Below are positions 61,674-64,000 of a DNA stretch of 64,000 nt, piece by piece. Each line of letters begins with the position of its first letter. The first letter of the stretch is position 1. This stretch comes from a virus: positions 32,001 to 96,000 of IMG/VR virus record IMGVR_UViG_3300035171_000016; one strand, written 5' to 3'. The translations under genes were made by a program, and so were the position numbers. Below the pieces are notes generated by a model, which was given only the letters and a program-made list of their open reading frames with translations, was not told the DNA's origin and did not search any database.

Positions 61674-62225
61674 ATGAGAAGAAATAAAAAATTAAAACTT
61701 GACCTTACTGGACAAAAGTTTGGAGATTTAAGTGTTGTAACATGGACTAAATTTAAAAATTTACATCGGGTGTGGATGTGCAAGTGTTCTTGTGGAAAAG
61801 AGCATGAGGTTCTTGGAACTCACCTAGTTTCTGGACTTACTAAATCGTGCGGATGTAAAAACCATAAAAGTAAATCTGATAGCCCGTGTTGGACTGGATA
61901 TGGAGATATAAGCGGAGGAATGTTTTCTGGAATTAAGTTAAGAGCCAAAAAATATAATATTATATTTAATATTACGATAGAGTATATTTGGAATCTTTTT
62001 TTAGAACAAAAAAAGAAATGTGCGTTAAGTGGTATAGAAATAACAATGCCAGAAAAAAGCGGTTCTAGACCTACCGCATCTCTTGACAGAATTGATTCAT
62101 CAAAGGGGTATATCGAGGGTAATGTTCAATGGGTTCATAAAGATGTAAATTGGATGAAAAATAGCTTTAATCAAGATTATTTTATTTTTATATGCAAGCA
62201 AATAGCAAATAATAACACTATATAA
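61674..62225 (+). CDS. HNH-type homing endonuclease
   Basis: DLTGQKFG...CKCSCG...SCGC; CALSG...ASLDRIDSSKGYIEGNVQWVHKDVN. Confidence 0.88.
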   Translation: MRRNKKLKLDLTGQKFGDLSVVTWTKFKNLHRVWMCKCSCGKEHEVLGTHLVSGLTKSCGCKNHKSKSDSPCWTGYGDISGGMFSGIKLRAKKYNIIFNITIEYIWNLFLEQKKKCALSGIEITMPEKSGSRPTASLDRIDSSKGYIEGNVQWVHKDVNWMKNSFNQDYFIFICKQIANNNTI

Positions 62226-62298
62226 TTATTATTTATTTTATTATTAAGTGTAAATTTATACAAATAAACATATAACAACTATTTAATACTAAAAAATA

Positions 62299-62550
62299 AT
62301 GAACGATATGGGAACAGATTCTCAATTACAGGAACTACAGAAAGAGTGGAGAGAAAGTACATCTAGAAAGCTAGATTATCTTACAGAGAAAATAGACGGC
62401 CTCCCCTCTTTATTTGCCAATCAATTAGAGTTTAAAACCCTAAAGAATGAAGTAGAAGAGCTTAAAACTTTCAGAAACAAGGCTCTTGGCGGCATTCTGG
62501 TATTTAATTTCCTTATTGCATTAATTGGATATTTAATAGGCCATCATTAA
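62299..62550 (+). CDS. Coiled-coil protein with C-terminal TM segment (holin/hemolysin-like)
   Basis: Coiled coil followed by a hydrophobic C-terminus. Confidence 0.5.
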   Translation: MNDMGTDSQLQELQKEWRESTSRKLDYLTEKIDGLPSLFANQLEFKTLKNEVEELKTFRNKALGGILVFNFLIALIGYLIGHH

Positions 62551-62591
62551 ATAAAGTTGACTATTTTCATATAAAACTATATAATTAATCA

Positions 62592-63386
62592 ATGTTGACA
62601 TATGTTATTATAGACTATAATCGTCCCTTTGAGAGTGAATTATGTTTAAAATCTATACATAAATACTCTAAATTCGATTATAAAATTGTATATCTCTCAA
62701 ATGGCGGAGAGCAAGACTATGCTATTAACTTTTATAAAAATTCTCTAATAGATAAGTTAATTCTAAGAAAAAAGAACTCTGGATGCGGACTCGCAATGAG
62801 AGAGGCTTTTAATGATTTTGACCTAGAATCCGATTATATTGCTTTAATTCAGTGTGACCAATTCCTTATTAGAGAATACTCTAAAGAAGAGCTAGATTAC
62901 CATATAAGCCTCTTAGAAAGTAAAAGGCACCTTTATATTGATTTGGCCGGAAATCAAGGCAATGGCAATCCTAGCGAAAGAGCGCACCTAATAAATAAAT
63001 ATGAGTACCGTAAGATTCCAAATACAATTGGTGGTCCCGGCCCATATGCTAATGAGGTTTGGACTGAAAAATCGTTTCAAGATTATATAAAAAATAATAA
63101 TTTATCGTTTTTTACTTGCCCACTTTTATTTGCCGATAATGGTAAAATATCTAGAAGAGAATATCCGTGTGGGGGAGAGCTGATTCAGTATACCGATGAA
63201 AAATCTGTTTTTATTACCAAGCCAATTAAAAATAGAGTAGATTTTCCAAACTTACATCTTACCGATAAAGAATGGTCTGATATTATTCAAAATAAATGGA
63301 TTAACGGTACTGTTCCAGAAATGCATAAAAAAGATAGCTTTTTATACTGGAGAGAACCATATACAACTAAAAATACAAATGTCTAA
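62592..63386 (+). CDS. GT2-like glycosyltransferase
   Basis: DYNRP...LSNGG...NSGCG...QCDQ. Confidence 0.7.
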   Translation: MLTYVIIDYNRPFESELCLKSIHKYSKFDYKIVYLSNGGEQDYAINFYKNSLIDKLILRKKNSGCGLAMREAFNDFDLESDYIALIQCDQFLIREYSKEELDYHISLLESKRHLYIDLAGNQGNGNPSERAHLINKYEYRKIPNTIGGPGPYANEVWTEKSFQDYIKNNNLSFFTCPLLFADNGKISRREYPCGGELIQYTDEKSVFITKPIKNRVDFPNLHLTDKEWSDIIQNKWINGTVPEMHKKDSFLYWREPYTTKNTNV

Positions 63387-64000
63387 AATATTCTTAGCAA
63401 TATCAACCGGCGCAGGAGAAATAGAAAATATTAAAGAGTTAACAGCTAGTTTCTATAATTTTGATGGATTAGCAGTTACATATCATGGCACAAAAGAAGA
63501 CGAGGAATATAAATTATTAGAAAATAGGAAAGGTAATGGATTTGTTGAAATAATTCCTTATTTTGGACACCACGGACATGATTTAAATCATATTTTATTT
63601 AATCCTAAAATAGACCAATCTAGCTGGCTTTTATTAAGAGATAGTAGTGAAAGAGTAAATCCAGACTTTGCCGCCAATATTAAAGATTTTATAAAAATGC
63701 TAGAATATAATGGTATAAATACTGTATATAATTATAGTAAATTATTACTTTTTAAAAGATTTCCGCATCAATATTTTGTTAATAGTCCGCATTGGGGTTT
63801 GGTAGGAGTACAAGATAAGATGATTTCCATAGAAGCCTCTGGCCTTTTTAGCAGAGAAGAAGATTATTGTTATAGTATAAGAAATAGAAATAGAGATAAA
63901 TATCATTTTGTATGGCATTATTTAAAATATTTCTCTAATATTCTTGATAGTAATCATTGTCTTTTAGGAAACGAAAAGAACCAAAACCAATTTCAAATTG
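63379..64000 (+). CDS. Partial ORF, possibly glycosyltransferase-like
   Basis: ATG at 63379, open to the window end; contains LRDSSER. Confidence 0.5.
   Translation, partial: MSKIFLAISTGAGEIENIKELTASFYNFDGLAVTYHGTKEDEEYKLLENRKGNGFVEIIPYFGHHGHDLNHILFNPKIDQSSWLLLRDSSERVNPDFAANIKDFIKMLEYNGINTVYNYSKLLLFKRFPHQYFVNSPHWGLVGVQDKMISIEASGLFSREEDYCYSIRNRNRDKYHFVWHYLKYFSNILDSNHCLLGNEKNQNQFQI

Overview
AT-rich fragment of a large dsDNA bacteriophage genome in standard genetic code. It has dense small ORFs, mostly on the minus strand, and switches to the plus strand at about 54.8 kb. It encodes replication and nucleotide genes (DnaB, primase, RecA-like, RuvB-like, ThyX, dCMP deaminase, GMP reductase, class II RNR, PhoH, sigma-like factor), many glycosyl- and methyltransferases plus Gmd, and free-standing GIY-YIG/HNH endonucleases. 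The centrepiece is a minus-strand RNA locus at about 16.4-27.3 kb. It holds 33 CCA-encoding tRNA genes covering all 20 amino acids, a compact RNase P RNA, a Pth2-like hydrolase and several tRNA-like or unknown structured RNAs. The locus is headed by an unannotated 35-codon leader ORF containing all 20 amino acids (30 different codons), immediately followed by a competing antiterminator/terminator pair. This looks like a ribosome-coupled attenuator sensing loss of essentially any tRNA. Several tRNAs have non-cloverleaf, rewired topologies supported by compensatory changes. All calls were read by eye; no database searches or folding programs were run.
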